Positions 16,743 to 27,248 are shown, counted from the stretch's first letter. The stretch is 32,000 nt of DNA from an uncultured Erysipelotrichaceae bacterium (GCA_942493105.1 OW818668.1:1500001-1532000), one strand, 5' to 3'. Program-made: numbers and translations. Notes: a model not told the origin generated them from the letters alone.

Positions 16743-17470
16743 AAATTACCATCTTGACTTTGTTTCCTGAAATGTATGAAGGATTCTTAAGCACGTCTAT
16801 CATAAAGAAAGCCATCTTAAAAGGCTTGGTTGAAGTTGAACTAGTAGATATTCGAGCATTTTCTAAAAGTAAGACGCATCGAGTTGATGATTATCCTTTT
16901 GGGGGTGGTCAAGGATTGGTGATGGCTGTTCAACCGGTCAAAGATTGTCTGAACTCTGTTAAACAAGAAAACTCTTATGTGGTGATGACTTCCGCATCCG
17001 GTCAAACCTTTAATCAACAAAAAGCCCGTTCACTTTCAGAGAAAGAACATCTGATCATCCTATGCGGTCATTACGAAGGTTTTGATGAACGTTTGGTTAA
17101 GCTCTGTGATGAAGAGGTATCCATCGGTGATTATGTGCTGACAGGCGGAGAATTGCCTTCCATGGTCATCAGTGATGCGATCATTCGTTTAAAAGAAGGA
17201 GTCATCAAAGAAGCTTCTCATCGAGACGAATCCTATGAACAAGGTCTTTTAGAGTATCCTCAATATACTCGTCCTGAACACTTGGAAGAAGGGGATGTTC
17301 CTTTTGTCCTTATGAATGGTGATCATGAGAAGATACGTAAGTATCGATTAAAAGAATCTTTGCGTAAAACATGGCTTAAACGTCCTGATCTGTTTAAAGA
17401 TAAAGGTCTTACTAAAGAAGAAACATCACTCTTATGTGAAGTCCTATTAGAGTCCATAAAAAAAGATTGA
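16739..17470 (+). CDS. trmD: tRNA (guanine37-N1)-methyltransferase
   Basis: MKITILTLFPEM, DDYPFGGGQG, CGHYEGFDER and LTGGELP motifs. GGAGGG SD is present. There is an ATGA overlap with the rimM stop. Confidence 0.92.
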   Translation: MKITILTLFPEMYEGFLSTSIIKKAILKGLVEVELVDIRAFSKSKTHRVDDYPFGGGQGLVMAVQPVKDCLNSVKQENSYVVMTSASGQTFNQQKARSLSEKEHLIILCGHYEGFDERLVKLCDEEVSIGDYVLTGGELPSMVISDAIIRLKEGVIKEASHRDESYEQGLLEYPQYTRPEHLEEGDVPFVLMNGDHEKIRKYRLKESLRKTWLKRPDLFKDKGLTKEETSLLCEVLLESIKKD

Positions 17471-17495
17471 TTTATTGTGTAGATTATGGTATTTT
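17467..17495 (+). promoter_or_regulatory. candidate promoter of rplS
   Basis: TTGATT (17467-17472), 17 nt spacer, TGgTATTTT (-10 at 17490-17495). Confidence 0.35.
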
Positions 17496-17502
17496 AGTTA
17501 AG

Positions 17503-17531
17503 CAGTTCCGCTGTTTATGAAACATGAACTG
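17503..17531 (+). promoter_or_regulatory. hairpin leader upstream of rplS (L19-leader-like)
   Basis: CAGUUC-CGC-UGUUU-AUG-AAACA-U-GAACUG gives 6 bp plus 5 bp of helix with an internal loop. It starts at about the predicted TSS and ends ~10 nt before the AAGGAG SD. Confidence 0.4.
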
Positions 17532-17555
17532 AGATTATAAAAGGAGCACGAAACC

Positions 17556-17903
17556 ATGAAATTGAACTTAGTGGATGAAATCACCAAGTCCCAACTTCGT
17601 CCTGATCTCCCTGACTTTGGTCCAGGTTGCACCGTCAGAATTGACGTCCGTATCCAAGAAGGCGACAAATTCAGAATTCAGGCTTACGAAGGGGTTGTCA
17701 TTGCCAGAGGTGGCAGTGGTATCTCAGAAACGTTTACAGTCAGAAAGATCTCCAATTCAATTGGCGTAGAAAGAACCTTCCCGGTTCATTCTCCCATCAT
17801 TGATAAGATCACTGTCCTCAAACGCGGAAAAGTCAGAAGAAGCAAATTGTACTATATGCGCGGTCGTTCTGGCAAAGCATCTCGTCTTAAAGAAATTCGT
17901 TAG
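17556..17903 (+). CDS. rplS: 50S ribosomal protein L19
   Basis: [17 protein letters not shown]...[14 protein letters not shown]...TFTVRK is canonical L19. Length is 115 aa. Confidence 0.93.
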   Translation: MKLNLVDEITKSQLRPDLPDFGPGCTVRIDVRIQEGDKFRIQAYEGVVIARGGSGISETFTVRKISNSIGVERTFPVHSPIIDKITVLKRGKVRRSKLYYMRGRSGKASRLKEIR

Positions 17904-17908
17904 TAAAA

Positions 17909-17933
17909 AAGTCGGAGAATTCCGACTTTTATT
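17909..17933 (+). terminator. intrinsic terminator after rplS
   Basis: Stem aagtcgga/tccgactt with loop gaat, followed by ttatt(c). Confidence 0.7.
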
Positions 17934-17956
17934 CTATAATGGGAAGTAGAGCAATT

Positions 17957-18553
17957 ATGAACACCTTAAACAACATCAAATTGAAAATCAAAAATTTCAG
18001 AGACAAGTATACACTTGCGTATGATTTGCTGACAAGCATCATCATCAGTTATATCTTGGTTTTAATATTGACCAATTTCATCGTCTATCCGATTCATGTG
18101 GAAGGCAGCAGTATGTATCCTACCTTACACGATTTGGATTATGGATTTTCGAACCTGTTGAGTTATCGCAGTGAAGGCATTGAACGTGGTGACATCATCA
18201 TCATCTATTATCCGCCGATAGAAGATTATCTGATCAAAAGGGCCATTGGTTTACCAGGAGACGTCGTCGAATGTAAGAACGATGTTCTTTATATCAATGG
18301 TCAAGCTATAGATGAACCTTATTTAAACACCAAGTACAGAGATGATTGGGTTAAATCTGGTGAACCCTTTACCGCAAATTTTGGGCCGATCTTTGTGAAG
18401 GCAGATGAGGTTTTTGTGATGGGAGATAATCGCCGTACTGGTGGTTCTACCGATTCCAGGATATTTGGCCCACTCAAAATGGATTTGATAAGAAGCAAGG
18501 ACATCTATATTTTCTATCCTTTGAGTCATTTCAGATGGATCACGGGACCTTAA
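17957..18553 (+). CDS. lepB: signal peptidase I
   Basis: One TM segment, the catalytic Ser box GSSMYPTL, the Lys box IKRAIGLPGD and GDNRRTGGSTDSR. An alternative start is the ATG at 17939, but it overlaps a TATAAT box and has no SD. Confidence 0.85.
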   Translation: MNTLNNIKLKIKNFRDKYTLAYDLLTSIIISYILVLILTNFIVYPIHVEGSSMYPTLHDLDYGFSNLLSYRSEGIERGDIIIIYYPPIEDYLIKRAIGLPGDVVECKNDVLYINGQAIDEPYLNTKYRDDWVKSGEPFTANFGPIFVKADEVFVMGDNRRTGGSTDSRIFGPLKMDLIRSKDIYIFYPLSHFRWITGP

Positions 18554-19380
18554 TGAGCATTCATTGGTTTCCTGGTCATATGACCAAAGCCAAGCGAGAA
18601 ATAGAAGCTCGCTTAGGGATGGTGGATTGCATCATCGAACTTAGAGACAGCCGTTTACCGCTTTCTTCACGAAATCCTTTAATCGATCAACTCAGCAAAG
18701 ATAAGCCAAGATTGATCGTTTTAACCAAGAAAGACATGTCTGATCCATTAAAAACCACCCAATGGGTCAAAACACTATCTGAAGACAATACCGTGGTGAT
18801 CTCATTGAATCTATTGAAAGACGATACCCGAAAACTAATTGTAGAAGGGGTATTGAAAGTCATGGAACCTAAGTTTGCCAGATGGCGTGCTCGTGGAATT
18901 CAACCACGAGCGGTTAAAGCCATGGTATTGGGAATTCCTAATGTAGGTAAATCAACTTTAATCAATCAATTGGCAAAGAAAAAACTGATGACTGTCGCCA
19001 ATAAACCAGGTGTGACTATGGCTTTAAAATGGGCAAATGTTCATCCTCAACTTGACATTTTAGATACGCCAGGACTATTATGGGGTCGTTTTGAAGACAA
19101 AGATGTGGCGATGAAATTAGCACTCAGCGGATCAATCGCTGAAAAAGTCTTACCGACCGAAGAACTCTTTGATGCGGCTTTTGATTTTCTTATGATCAAT
19201 TACCCACTGGCGATATTGAATAGATATGCTTATCAGGGTCAAGATAAAACTGAATTGCTAGAAACCATTGCGAAAAACAGAGGTTACGTTCAAAATGGTG
19301 AATACAAACTGAATGATGCGATGGTTACTTTTTTACGCGAACTCAGACAGGGAGATTTAGGTCCCATGAGTTTTGAATAA
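18553..19380 (+). CDS. rbgA: ribosome biogenesis GTPase A (YlqF)
   Basis: MSIHWFPGHMTKAKREI, a circularly permuted GTPase (LTKKD ... GIPNVGKSTLIN ... DTPG), collinear with B. subtilis RbgA. There is a TAATG overlap with the lepB stop. Confidence 0.88.
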   Translation: MSIHWFPGHMTKAKREIEARLGMVDCIIELRDSRLPLSSRNPLIDQLSKDKPRLIVLTKKDMSDPLKTTQWVKTLSEDNTVVISLNLLKDDTRKLIVEGVLKVMEPKFARWRARGIQPRAVKAMVLGIPNVGKSTLINQLAKKKLMTVANKPGVTMALKWANVHPQLDILDTPGLLWGRFEDKDVAMKLALSGSIAEKVLPTEELFDAAFDFLMINYPLAILNRYAYQGQDKTELLETIAKNRGYVQNGEYKLNDAMVTFLRELRQGDLGPMSFE

Positions 19381-19991
19381 TGGCTTGGTTAGAATCTGAG
19401 TTTGATCAGTATGATCGAATACTGGGGATCGATGAAGCGGGTCGTGGACCTTTAGCTGGACCTTGTGTGGTTGCGGGTGTTATCTTACCTAAAGGATATC
19501 AACATCCTTTGATCAATGATTCTAAAAAATTGACTGAGAAACAAAGAAATACATGTTTTAAAGACATTGTTTTATCTGCATTATGGATCGGAGTCATTGA
19601 AGTGATGCCTGAAACGATTGATCGCAGAAACATCTATCAAGCCACTAAAGATGCCAATATTCATTTGATTCAATTAGCTAAAGCAGATGTTTGTTTAACC
19701 GATGCGATGCCGATCTCTAATCAATATTGTCCTGTCTATGATTATATCAAAGGGGATAGCCGAAGCATAAGTATTGCGGCTGCCAGCATTATAGCCAAAG
19801 TAAGTCGTGATGCGATCATGGTCTATTATGATCAGTTGTATCCAGACTATGGTTTTAAACAACATAAAGGTTATCCTACAAAAGCACACATTGAAGCTTT
19901 GAATCAGTTTGGAATAACACCCATTCATCGTTTAAGTTATGAACCCGTTGCGAAATTAAAAAGAATAACACTTTTTAACGGAGAATTTTAA
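19380..19991 (+). CDS. rnhB: ribonuclease HII
   Basis: GIDEAGRGPLAGP and DSKKL motifs, 203 aa. There is a TAATG overlap with the rbgA stop. Confidence 0.9.
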   Translation: MAWLESEFDQYDRILGIDEAGRGPLAGPCVVAGVILPKGYQHPLINDSKKLTEKQRNTCFKDIVLSALWIGVIEVMPETIDRRNIYQATKDANIHLIQLAKADVCLTDAMPISNQYCPVYDYIKGDSRSISIAAASIIAKVSRDAIMVYYDQLYPDYGFKQHKGYPTKAHIEALNQFGITPIHRLSYEPVAKLKRITLFNGEF

Positions 19992-20011
19992 GTTGATACA
20001 TATCAGTCAGT

Positions 20012-20746
20012 ATGAACAAGATTCAATTACTGGCGTATAGTGTTAAATATGAAGGTGAGTATTCACTGATAAAGTCGGCTCTGATAAGAAATGAGCCCTA
20101 TGAGCCACTTTTAGACGTGCCACAGGCCATAACGATCCTAGATGATTGTTATCCTGAAGGATTAAGAAACCTCGCTCAATCGCCTTATGTGCTCTACTAT
20201 AAGGGCAATTTAGAACTTCTGAAACAGCAAGGTATCAGTATCGTAGGAAGTCGATTACCAACTGATTATGCGACAAGATGGACACAAAGTGTGGTAGAAT
20301 TGCTTTCGCAACGATATGTGATCATCAGTGGTTTAGCCAAAGGAATTGATGCCTTAGCTCATATTTGTGCTTTAAAGAGCCAGCCTACGATTGCTGTATT
20401 AGGTTGTGGAATCCAAAGGATTTATCCTAAAGAGAACATAACGTTATACCAACACATTGAAGAAAAAGGATTGATCTTATCCGAATATCCTGGTGATACC
20501 TTACCTTTGAAACATCACTTTCCTCAGCGTAATCGAATCGTTGCAGCACTGGGAAAAGCTGTTATCGTCATGCAGGCTGACCATAAAAGCGGTTCTATGA
20601 TCACTGTTAGAGAAGCACTGGATATCGGTAAGGAAATCTATACGATTCCTTATGATTTGGATACTCAAGAAGGCCAAGGATGTAACTTATTGATCCAACA
20701 AGGTGCGAATATGATTTTAAGCCTAGAAGATGTTTTGTGTATTTAA
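20012..20746 (+). CDS. dprA: DNA-processing protein DprA (short form)
   Basis: Rossmann-like core ISIVGSRLPTDYA...ISGLAKGIDALAH...FPQRNRIVA...SGSMIT. At 244 aa it is shorter than the ~300-aa Bacillus protein, apparently lacking a C-terminal extension. It lies upstream of topA as in Bacillus. Confidence 0.8.
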   Translation: MNKIQLLAYSVKYEGEYSLIKSALIRNEPYEPLLDVPQAITILDDCYPEGLRNLAQSPYVLYYKGNLELLKQQGISIVGSRLPTDYATRWTQSVVELLSQRYVIISGLAKGIDALAHICALKSQPTIAVLGCGIQRIYPKENITLYQHIEEKGLILSEYPGDTLPLKHHFPQRNRIVAALGKAVIVMQADHKSGSMITVREALDIGKEIYTIPYDLDTQEGQGCNLLIQQGANMILSLEDVLCI

Positions 20747-20799
20747 TCAATTGACAAGCGCATGTTTTTGTCTCATTGTAAATAAGAAAAGGAGTTCTT

Positions 20800-22941
20800 A
20801 TGAAAAATCTGGTAATTGTAGAATCCCCATCAAAATCAAAAACGATCATGAAATATTTAGGATCCGACTTTGATGTTGTCTCTTCCAAAGGTCACATCAG
20901 AGATTTAGCGACCACTGGTAAAGGGGGATTGGGCGTCGATATTTCTGCGAACTTCAAACCGACCTATGTGGTCAGTGAAGATAAAGCTGACGTCGTTAAA
21001 TCATTAAAGTCAAAAATCAAGTCTGCAGATACTGTATATTTAGCCACTGACCCTGATCGTGAAGGTGAGGCCATATCGTGGCATTTAGCCGATGAATTGG
21101 GTCTTGATTTGGATAAAACTCAACGAGTCGTATTTAATGAAATCACCAAGACTGCGGTTCTTGAAGCTTTTAATCATCCTAGACATGTAGATATGGATAT
21201 GGTTCGATCTCAAGAAGCAAGACGTATTTTGGATCGTATCTTGGGCTTTAAGTTATCAAAGTTGCTTCAAGCTAAAATCAAGAGCCGTTCAGCTGGTCGT
21301 GTTCAATCTGTTGCGTTGAAATTGATCGTTGAGCGCGAAAATGAAATCAAGAATTTTGTGCCTGTTGAGAAGTGGGCAGTAACTACGAAGTTTAAAAAAG
21401 ACGATATCGAATTTGAAGCAGAACTTTCCAGATTTAATGGAAAGTCTTTCAAAGTTAAAACTAAAGCTGAAACGGATGAAGTTTTAACACAACTTAAACC
21501 TGAATTTACAGTGACTTCGATTGAAGAGAAAGATGGCAAAAGCGAACATCGATATCCTTATATCACCTCTACACTTCAGCAAGATGCAGCCAACAAACTT
21601 TTCTTTTCTGCAAAGAAAACCATGAATGTCGCTCAAAAACTTTATGATGGGAGTGCCCAAAAAGATGCCCAAGAAGGCCTCATCACGTATATGAGAACTG
21701 ATTCTACACGTTTAAGTGAACAGTTCGTCCAGTCTACCCGAGAACATATCGAAAAAACATATGGAAAAGCTTACGTAGGTTCATATAAAGTCAAAAATGA
21801 AGACAATTCGCAAGACGCCCATGAAGCCATTCGTCCAACACATATTCATATCACCCCAGAATCTGTTAAAGACAGCTTGGCTGATGATGCCTATAAACTA
21901 TATGCGTTGATCTATGCTCGAACTTTAGCATCATTGATGAGTGCGCCAAAGATTAAAAACATGACGGTTCTTTTGTCTCAGGGAAACTATGATTTTAGTG
22001 CAAAAGGATCAAAAGTTGAATTTGATGGTTTTTATAAGGTTCTTGGCAAATATGAACAACGTCAAGATAAGATGTTACCTAAATTAAACATCGATGAAAA
22101 ATTGATCAGCCTTGGAATTGAAGGCAAGCAATCTTTTACAAATCCACCATCTCGTTACACAGAAGCTAAATTGATCGAAGTCATGGAAGAGAATGGCATT
22201 GGAAGACCTTCTACTTATGCGACCATCGTTGATACCATCGTTGAAAGAGCCTATGTCACATTAGAGAAAACAGAAACTTCCAAAGTGAAATACTTTTTTC
22301 CAACAGAGCAGGGCCTATTGACAGATTCTAAGCTTGGTGAACATTTCTCAGAACTGATCAATGTTGAATATACAGCGAAACTAGAAGCCCAACTAGATCA
22401 AATCGCTGATGGCAAACTTAATCAACTTGAAGCTTTGACATCGTTTTACGATACTTTCGATGGTTTGTTGAAACAAGCCAATGATACTATGGAAAAGATT
22501 CAACCCATCAAAACTGGAAAGATATGTCCTCAGTGCGGTCATGAATTGGTTGTTCGTAAAGGGCGATTTGGAGACTTTACGGCTTGCAGTGACTATCCAA
22601 GCTGCAAATACATCGAGAAATCAGAAAACGATAAGAAAGAAGTTGAATTGACAGGTGATGCATGTCCTACTTGCGGAAAACCTTTGGTTAAACGAGTCGG
22701 TCGATATGGTCCCTTTGTATCTTGTAGTGATTATCCCACATGCAAATACATTCATCGTGATGCCAAAACAAAAAGTGAACCTGTCTCAACTGGGGAAAAA
22801 TGTCCTGTTTGTGGAGGTGATTTAGTAACTCGCAAAGGACGTTTTGGACCTTTTGTATCTTGTGGCAATTATCCGAAGTGCAAATATATCAAACCAAGGG
22901 AGAAAAAAGAAAGTTCTGCCAAAACGAATGATGAAAGCTGA
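20800..22941 (+). CDS. topA: DNA topoisomerase I
   Basis: Toprim N-terminus ([22 protein letters not shown]) and active-site region ITYMRTDS. Three C-terminal C4 zinc ribbons are present (CPQCG...CSDYPSCKY; CPTCG...CSDYPTCKY; CPVCG...CGNYPKCKY). AAAGGAG SD is present. Confidence 0.93.
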   Translation: MKNLVIVESPSKSKTIMKYLGSDFDVVSSKGHIRDLATTGKGGLGVDISANFKPTYVVSEDKADVVKSLKSKIKSADTVYLATDPDREGEAISWHLADELGLDLDKTQRVVFNEITKTAVLEAFNHPRHVDMDMVRSQEARRILDRILGFKLSKLLQAKIKSRSAGRVQSVALKLIVERENEIKNFVPVEKWAVTTKFKKDDIEFEAELSRFNGKSFKVKTKAETDEVLTQLKPEFTVTSIEEKDGKSEHRYPYITSTLQQDAANKLFFSAKKTMNVAQKLYDGSAQKDAQEGLITYMRTDSTRLSEQFVQSTREHIEKTYGKAYVGSYKVKNEDNSQDAHEAIRPTHIHITPESVKDSLADDAYKLYALIYARTLASLMSAPKIKNMTVLLSQGNYDFSAKGSKVEFDGFYKVLGKYEQRQDKMLPKLNIDEKLISLGIEGKQSFTNPPSRYTEAKLIEVMEENGIGRPSTYATIVDTIVERAYVTLEKTETSKVKYFFPTEQGLLTDSKLGEHFSELINVEYTAKLEAQLDQIADGKLNQLEALTSFYDTFDGLLKQANDTMEKIQPIKTGKICPQCGHELVVRKGRFGDFTACSDYPSCKYIEKSENDKKEVELTGDACPTCGKPLVKRVGRYGPFVSCSDYPTCKYIHRDAKTKSEPVSTGEKCPVCGGDLVTRKGRFGPFVSCGNYPKCKYIKPREKKESSAKTNDES

Positions 22942-24232
22942 AGTTAATGTGATTGGAGCCGGCTTAGCCGGTTGTGAAGCTGCATGGCAAATCGCTCAAA
23001 GAGGTGTCAAAGTACATTTATTTGAAATGAAAGCCATCAAAAAGTCAGAAGCGCATCATTTAGATGATTTCGCAGAATTAGTATGCTCAAATTCATTAAG
23101 AAGCAACAATCTAACCAATGCGGTTGGTATTTTAAAAGAAGAATTAAGAATTTTAGATTCTTTGATCCTTGAGACTGCAGATGCAACAAAAGTTCCTGCA
23201 GGTGGTGCTTTAGCAGTTGATCGCCATTCATTTTCAAAGATAATTACTGATAAAATTAAAAGTCATCCGCTTATAGAAGTTCATGATGAAATCGTTACGG
23301 CACCTAAAGAAGGCATCTGTGTTTTTGCAACCGGTCCATTAACAGATGGTGCTTTGGCAGAATCTTTAAAATCTATATTTAAAGAAGATTCGCTTTATTT
23401 CTATGATGCGGCTGCACCCATCATCGTAAAAGACAGTATTGATTTTTCTGTAGCTTATTATAAATCGCGTTATGATAAAGGGGATGGACAAGATTATATC
23501 AATTGTCCGATGACTGCTGAAGAATTTGATCGATTCTATGATGCCTTGATTCAAGCGGAAGTAGTCGTGCCAAAAGCCTTTGAAAAAGAAATATATTTTG
23601 AAGGTTGTATGCCTTTTGAAGTCATGGCCAAACGAGGGAAACAAACCTTACAATATGGTCCAATGAAACCAGTTGGCTTAGAAATTTCAAAAGAACACAA
23701 AAGATCCGCGGCTGTAGTACAATTAAGAAGAGATGATGCTGCAGACAGTCTATACAACATCGTAGGATTTCAGACTCACTTGACATGGCCGGAACAGAAG
23801 CGGATTATTCATTTGATTCCAGGTTTGCAAAATGCTGAAATTGCCAGATATGGTGTCATGCATCGCAATACATATCTCAAAGCACCTAAACTTTTAGAAC
23901 CAACTTATCAATGTAAATTAAATCCAATGTGGTTCTTTGCTGGACAAATGACAGGTGTTGAAGGGTATGTTGAATCAACGGCCAGCGGTTATCTAGCGGG
24001 TATCAATGCTAGTAGATTAGCACTTGGTCAAGCACTGATCGAATGTCCTCGTGAAACAGTGTTAGGCTCAATGGCTTACTACATTACGCATGCTGATCCA
24101 GATTCCTTTCAACCTATGAATGCGAATTTTGGATTGATCCCAAGCGAATTGAATCCTCGCTTAAAAGACAGAAAAGAGCGTATTGCAGAAGAAGCGTTGA
24201 AACAAATAAGGCAGTTTAAAACAAAACTATGA
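22928..24232 (+). CDS. trmFO: methylenetetrahydrofolate--tRNA-(uracil54-C5)-methyltransferase TrmFO (Gid)
   Basis: [24 protein letters not shown]-binding N-terminus, [16 protein letters not shown], and collinear with B. subtilis Gid. It overlaps the topA end by 14 nt. The ORF-track start at 22844 adds 28 non-conserved residues inside topA. Confidence 0.9.
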   Translation: MMKAEVNVIGAGLAGCEAAWQIAQRGVKVHLFEMKAIKKSEAHHLDDFAELVCSNSLRSNNLTNAVGILKEELRILDSLILETADATKVPAGGALAVDRHSFSKIITDKIKSHPLIEVHDEIVTAPKEGICVFATGPLTDGALAESLKSIFKEDSLYFYDAAAPIIVKDSIDFSVAYYKSRYDKGDGQDYINCPMTAEEFDRFYDALIQAEVVVPKAFEKEIYFEGCMPFEVMAKRGKQTLQYGPMKPVGLEISKEHKRSAAVVQLRRDDAADSLYNIVGFQTHLTWPEQKRIIHLIPGLQNAEIARYGVMHRNTYLKAPKLLEPTYQCKLNPMWFFAGQMTGVEGYVESTASGYLAGINASRLALGQALIECPRETVLGSMAYYITHADPDSFQPMNANFGLIPSELNPRLKDRKERIAEEALKQIRQFKTKL

Positions 24233-25146
24233 CCCAAGATATCCTTGATTTTCTAAATTATATCGACACTGTCAATACGAAATCCGTTCATACACGAGAT
24301 GCTTATCGGCGTGATCTTGAAGAATTTCATTTTTTCTTGATTAATCAAGGGGTAACATTTTGGCAAGGTGTCGATTCTAAAACCATTATGCGTTTCATAG
24401 AACATCTCAATAAACACTCCAAAGATGGACTTAAGAATTCCACAATATCACGCAAGATTTCTAGTTTAAGATCTTTTTTTAATTATTTAGCACAACAAAA
24501 TAAAGTGAATCATAATCCTTTAAGTTCGATTCATAATCCATCAAAACAAAAGCTATTGCCTGATTTTCTCCTTTTTGAAGAACTGAATCAGCTTCTTGAA
24601 TCGTTTGATTTGACTGATCCTTATCAATTTAGAAATAGAGCCATGTTTGAATTGATTTATGCCAGTGGGTTACGTGTCAGTGAGGCTGCTGCCTTAACCA
24701 TCCAAGATATCGACTTAGAACAAAGAACACTGCGTTTTATTGGTAAAGGTTCTAAAGAGAGAATGGTCCCGTTTTATTCAGATTGTGGAGATATATTGAA
24801 ACAATATCTTAATGAAGTTAGGCCAATCTTGATGAAAGGTAAACACCATCATCGAGTCTTCGTCAATCAACAAGGTGAAGGTTTCTCATCTAGAGGCATT
24901 GAATATCTTTTGGATCAGTGTTCAAAAAAAGCAGGAATTACACGATCTGTTCATCCACATATGCTAAGACACTCCTTTGCGACCCATTTACTTGATAATG
25001 GAGCTGATTTACGTTTGGTTCAAGAACTTTTAGGTCATGAGAATATATCTACGACTCAGATCTACACACATGTAACTCTAGATCGCTTAAAAGAATCTTA
25101 TTTAAAGGCTCATCCAAGGGCCAAACTACCCATAAAAACAACTTGA
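24229..25146 (+). CDS. xerC: tyrosine recombinase XerC (CodV-type)
   Basis: Catalytic residues sit in [35 protein letters not shown]. There is an ATGA overlap with trmFO. The topA-trmFO-xerC order is conserved. Confidence 0.85.
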   Translation: MTQDILDFLNYIDTVNTKSVHTRDAYRRDLEEFHFFLINQGVTFWQGVDSKTIMRFIEHLNKHSKDGLKNSTISRKISSLRSFFNYLAQQNKVNHNPLSSIHNPSKQKLLPDFLLFEELNQLLESFDLTDPYQFRNRAMFELIYASGLRVSEAAALTIQDIDLEQRTLRFIGKGSKERMVPFYSDCGDILKQYLNEVRPILMKGKHHHRVFVNQQGEGFSSRGIEYLLDQCSKKAGITRSVHPHMLRHSFATHLLDNGADLRLVQELLGHENISTTQIYTHVTLDRLKESYLKAHPRAKLPIKTT

Positions 25147-25171
25147 AACAAAGTTAAGCCTTTGGTATACT
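25143..25171 (+). promoter_or_regulatory. candidate sigma-A promoter of rpsB-tsf
   Basis: TTGAAA (25143-25148), 17 nt spacer, TGgTATACT (-10 at 25166-25171). Confidence 0.55.
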
Positions 25172-25178
25172 ATATAAC

Positions 25179-25245
25179 GGCATCTAAAGATGCACATCAC
25201 ACATCAGGGATTCGCGATTCCGTCTCAGAAATGAGTTATCGCGAG
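25179..25245 (+). promoter_or_regulatory. structured 5' leader of rpsB (two hairpins, one GAAA-capped)
   Basis: Hairpin 1 is gcatc-uaaa-gaugc (25180-25193). Hairpin 2 is uucgcgau-uccgu-cuca-GAAA-ugag-uu-aucgcgag (25211-25245). The leader is ~105 nt from the predicted TSS to the ATG. Confidence 0.35.
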
Positions 25246-25283
25246 CAGAACTGATGGAGGACAAACGGAAAGCGAGGAATACC

Positions 25284-26348
25284 ATGTCTGTCGTATCGAT
25301 GAAGAAGTTATTAGAACATGGATCCCATTACGGTCATCAGACCAAGAAATGGAATCCTAAAATGAAGCCGTTTATTTACGCGGCTAAGAATGGTGTATAC
25401 ATCATCAATTTAGAGAAAACTCTGGACAAATTGGATGATGCGTATGCTGCAATGAAAGCTTTAGCCGAAAAGAATGGTAAAGTATTGTTTGTTGGAACTA
25501 AGAAACAAGCTCAAGCCATCGTCATGGAAGAAGCCTTAAGAAGTGGATCATTCTATATCAACCAACGCTGGTTAGGTGGTCTGTTGACCAATTTTAGAAC
25601 CATGCAGAAACGTATCAAACGTTTAGCAGAAATCGAAGATATGGAAGCCAGTGGAACCATAAGTATTTATCCTAAGAAGGAAGTTGCCAATATCCGCAAA
25701 GAAGCGGCTCGTTTGGAAAATTTCTTTGGTGGAATCAAAGAAATGAAAAAATTACCGGATGCCATTTTCGTGGTCGATCCGACTGAAGACTACAATGCAG
25801 TTGCAGAAGCAAAGAAATTAGGCATCCCAGTGTTTGGTTTTACTGACACAAACTGTGATCCCGAAGCAGTTGATTATGGCATTCCAGCTAATGATGATGC
25901 CATTCGTTCTATCAAGCTTATTGTTAGTATCATGGCTGATGCGATCGTTGAAACTAAGGGCGGCATATTATCTTATGCTTTCCAAGAACAAGATCTCGTT
26001 AAAGACATTTCTATGAGCGACGTTATCATCAATGTTGAACAAGTCAATGAAGAAAACGAACGTCGTAGAAGAGCGAAGATGGAAGAAAGAAGAGCCCGTG
26101 AAGAACGTTCTACACACAGACCTTTTGATCGCCGTCCACGCACAAATGATACTTATCAAGGTCGTTCTGACTCAAAACCTTTCGTCAGATCTGAGCCTGC
26201 TAAAACTGTAGAAACATCAAAACCTGTTGAAATTGCTAAACCTGTAGAAGCAGTTAAAGTAACAGCTCCTAAAGCTGCTGACGTTGCACAAGAAACTGTA
26301 GCAAAAAAACCAAGAGCTAAGAAAACTGAAGTTAAGGAAGGCGAGTAA
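25284..26348 (+). CDS. rpsB: 30S ribosomal protein S2 with a long C-terminal extension
   Basis: [27 protein letters not shown] matches the B. subtilis S2 N-terminus. GAGGA SD lies 5 nt upstream. The S2 core ends near ...[12 protein letters not shown]. About 120 further charged, low-complexity residues follow. Total is 354 aa versus ~246 in Bacillus. Confidence 0.9.
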   Translation: MSVVSMKKLLEHGSHYGHQTKKWNPKMKPFIYAAKNGVYIINLEKTLDKLDDAYAAMKALAEKNGKVLFVGTKKQAQAIVMEEALRSGSFYINQRWLGGLLTNFRTMQKRIKRLAEIEDMEASGTISIYPKKEVANIRKEAARLENFFGGIKEMKKLPDAIFVVDPTEDYNAVAEAKKLGIPVFGFTDTNCDPEAVDYGIPANDDAIRSIKLIVSIMADAIVETKGGILSYAFQEQDLVKDISMSDVIINVEQVNEENERRRRAKMEERRAREERSTHRPFDRRPRTNDTYQGRSDSKPFVRSEPAKTVETSKPVEIAKPVEAVKVTAPKAADVAQETVAKKPRAKKTEVKEGE

Positions 26349-26351
26349 TAC

Positions 26352-27242
26352 ATGATTACAGCAAGTCAAGTAAAAGAACTGCGCGATAAAACTGGCGCAG
26401 GAATGATGGATTGTAAAAAAGCCCTTGAAGAAACCAACGGTGAGCTGAATAAAGCCATTGATTGGCTAAGAGAAAAGGGCATAGCGAAAGCTGCTAAAAA
26501 AGCAGATCGTATTGCTGCTGAGGGTTTAACCAAAGCAGTTGTTTCTGGCAATCGTGCCATTGTCATCGAAGTTAATTCAGAAACTGATTTCGTAGCTAAA
26601 AACGAACAATTCTTAACTTTATTGGACAATCTGTCAAATGCTTTGGTTAATTCTGATGTTAAATCATTGGATGAAGCTTTGGCTTTGACGATTAACAGTA
26701 AACCTGTTTCTGAGCACGTCGCAGAAGCGACATTCACCATTGGTGAAAAAATCACACTTAGACGTTTTGAAATCCTAACAAAAACAGACGATGAAATATT
26801 TGGATCTTACATCCATATGGGTGGAAAGATTTCTGTTATCGTTAAGTTGAAAGGCACAGACAATGCTGAAGTTGGCAAAGAAATGGCCATGCAAGTTGCT
26901 TCAATGAATCCTGGTTATATTTCACGTAAACATATGCCAGCTGAATTTATCGATCATGAACGCAACATTCTAAAAGTGCTTATTAAGAATGATCCTGTCA
27001 TGGGTACAAAACCTGAGAATGTTCTCAACGGGATCCTTGAAGGGAAACTAAGCAAAGTTCTTCAAGAAACCAGCTTAGTTGATCAATTGTTCTTCAAAGA
27101 TCAAGACATCAAAGTTCAAAAAGTACTTGAAGCTGCTAAAACTGAAGTATTGAGTTTTGTACGTTATCAAGTTGGTGAAGGTATTGAAAAAAGAGAAGAT
27201 AATTTCGCCGAAGAAGTCATGAATCAGACGTTTGGCAAATAA
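26352..27242 (+). CDS. tsf: elongation factor Ts
   Basis: ITASQVKELRDKTGAGMMDCKKALEE UBA-like N-terminus and SETDFVAKNEQF. Length is 296 aa. Confidence 0.93.
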   Translation: MITASQVKELRDKTGAGMMDCKKALEETNGELNKAIDWLREKGIAKAAKKADRIAAEGLTKAVVSGNRAIVIEVNSETDFVAKNEQFLTLLDNLSNALVNSDVKSLDEALALTINSKPVSEHVAEATFTIGEKITLRRFEILTKTDDEIFGSYIHMGGKISVIVKLKGTDNAEVGKEMAMQVASMNPGYISRKHMPAEFIDHERNILKVLIKNDPVMGTKPENVLNGILEGKLSKVLQETSLVDQLFFKDQDIKVQKVLEAAKTEVLSFVRYQVGEGIEKREDNFAEEVMNQTFGK

Positions 27243-27248
27243 AAATCT

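Noticed and set aside
20751-20785. TTGACA upstream of topA as a promoter
   Set aside because: No acceptable -10 hexamer lies at 16-18 nt spacing (CATTGT). It is too weak to list.
20607-20888. 93-aa minus-strand ORF bridging the dprA-topA junction
   Set aside because: It overlaps two well-supported + strand genes and their intergenic SD. It has no motifs and no SD.
22844-22927. ORF-track extension of trmFO (28 extra residues inside topA)
   Set aside because: The residues are not TrmFO-like. The FAD-binding GxGxxG motif starts right after MMKAE at 22928.
24229-25146. Tyrosine recombinase as a possible marker of an integrated mobile element
   Set aside because: It sits in the conserved topA-trmFO-xerC(codV) arrangement and overlaps trmFO by ATGA. 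It has no flanking repeats, att-like sites or phage or transposon genes. It is the chromosomal dimer-resolution recombinase.
25254-25283. ORF-track extension of rpsB ([10 protein letters not shown]...)
   Set aside because: The conserved S2 N-terminus [11 protein letters not shown] starts at 25284 with its own SD. The upstream ATG lies in the leader.
26366-26755. 129-aa antisense ORF inside tsf, and similar minus-strand ORFs at 27325-27636, 27745-28092 and 26156-26353
   Set aside because: They lie opposite highly conserved coding sequence. They have low-complexity or hydrophobic shadow composition and no SD or promoter context. They are typical antisense-frame artefacts.
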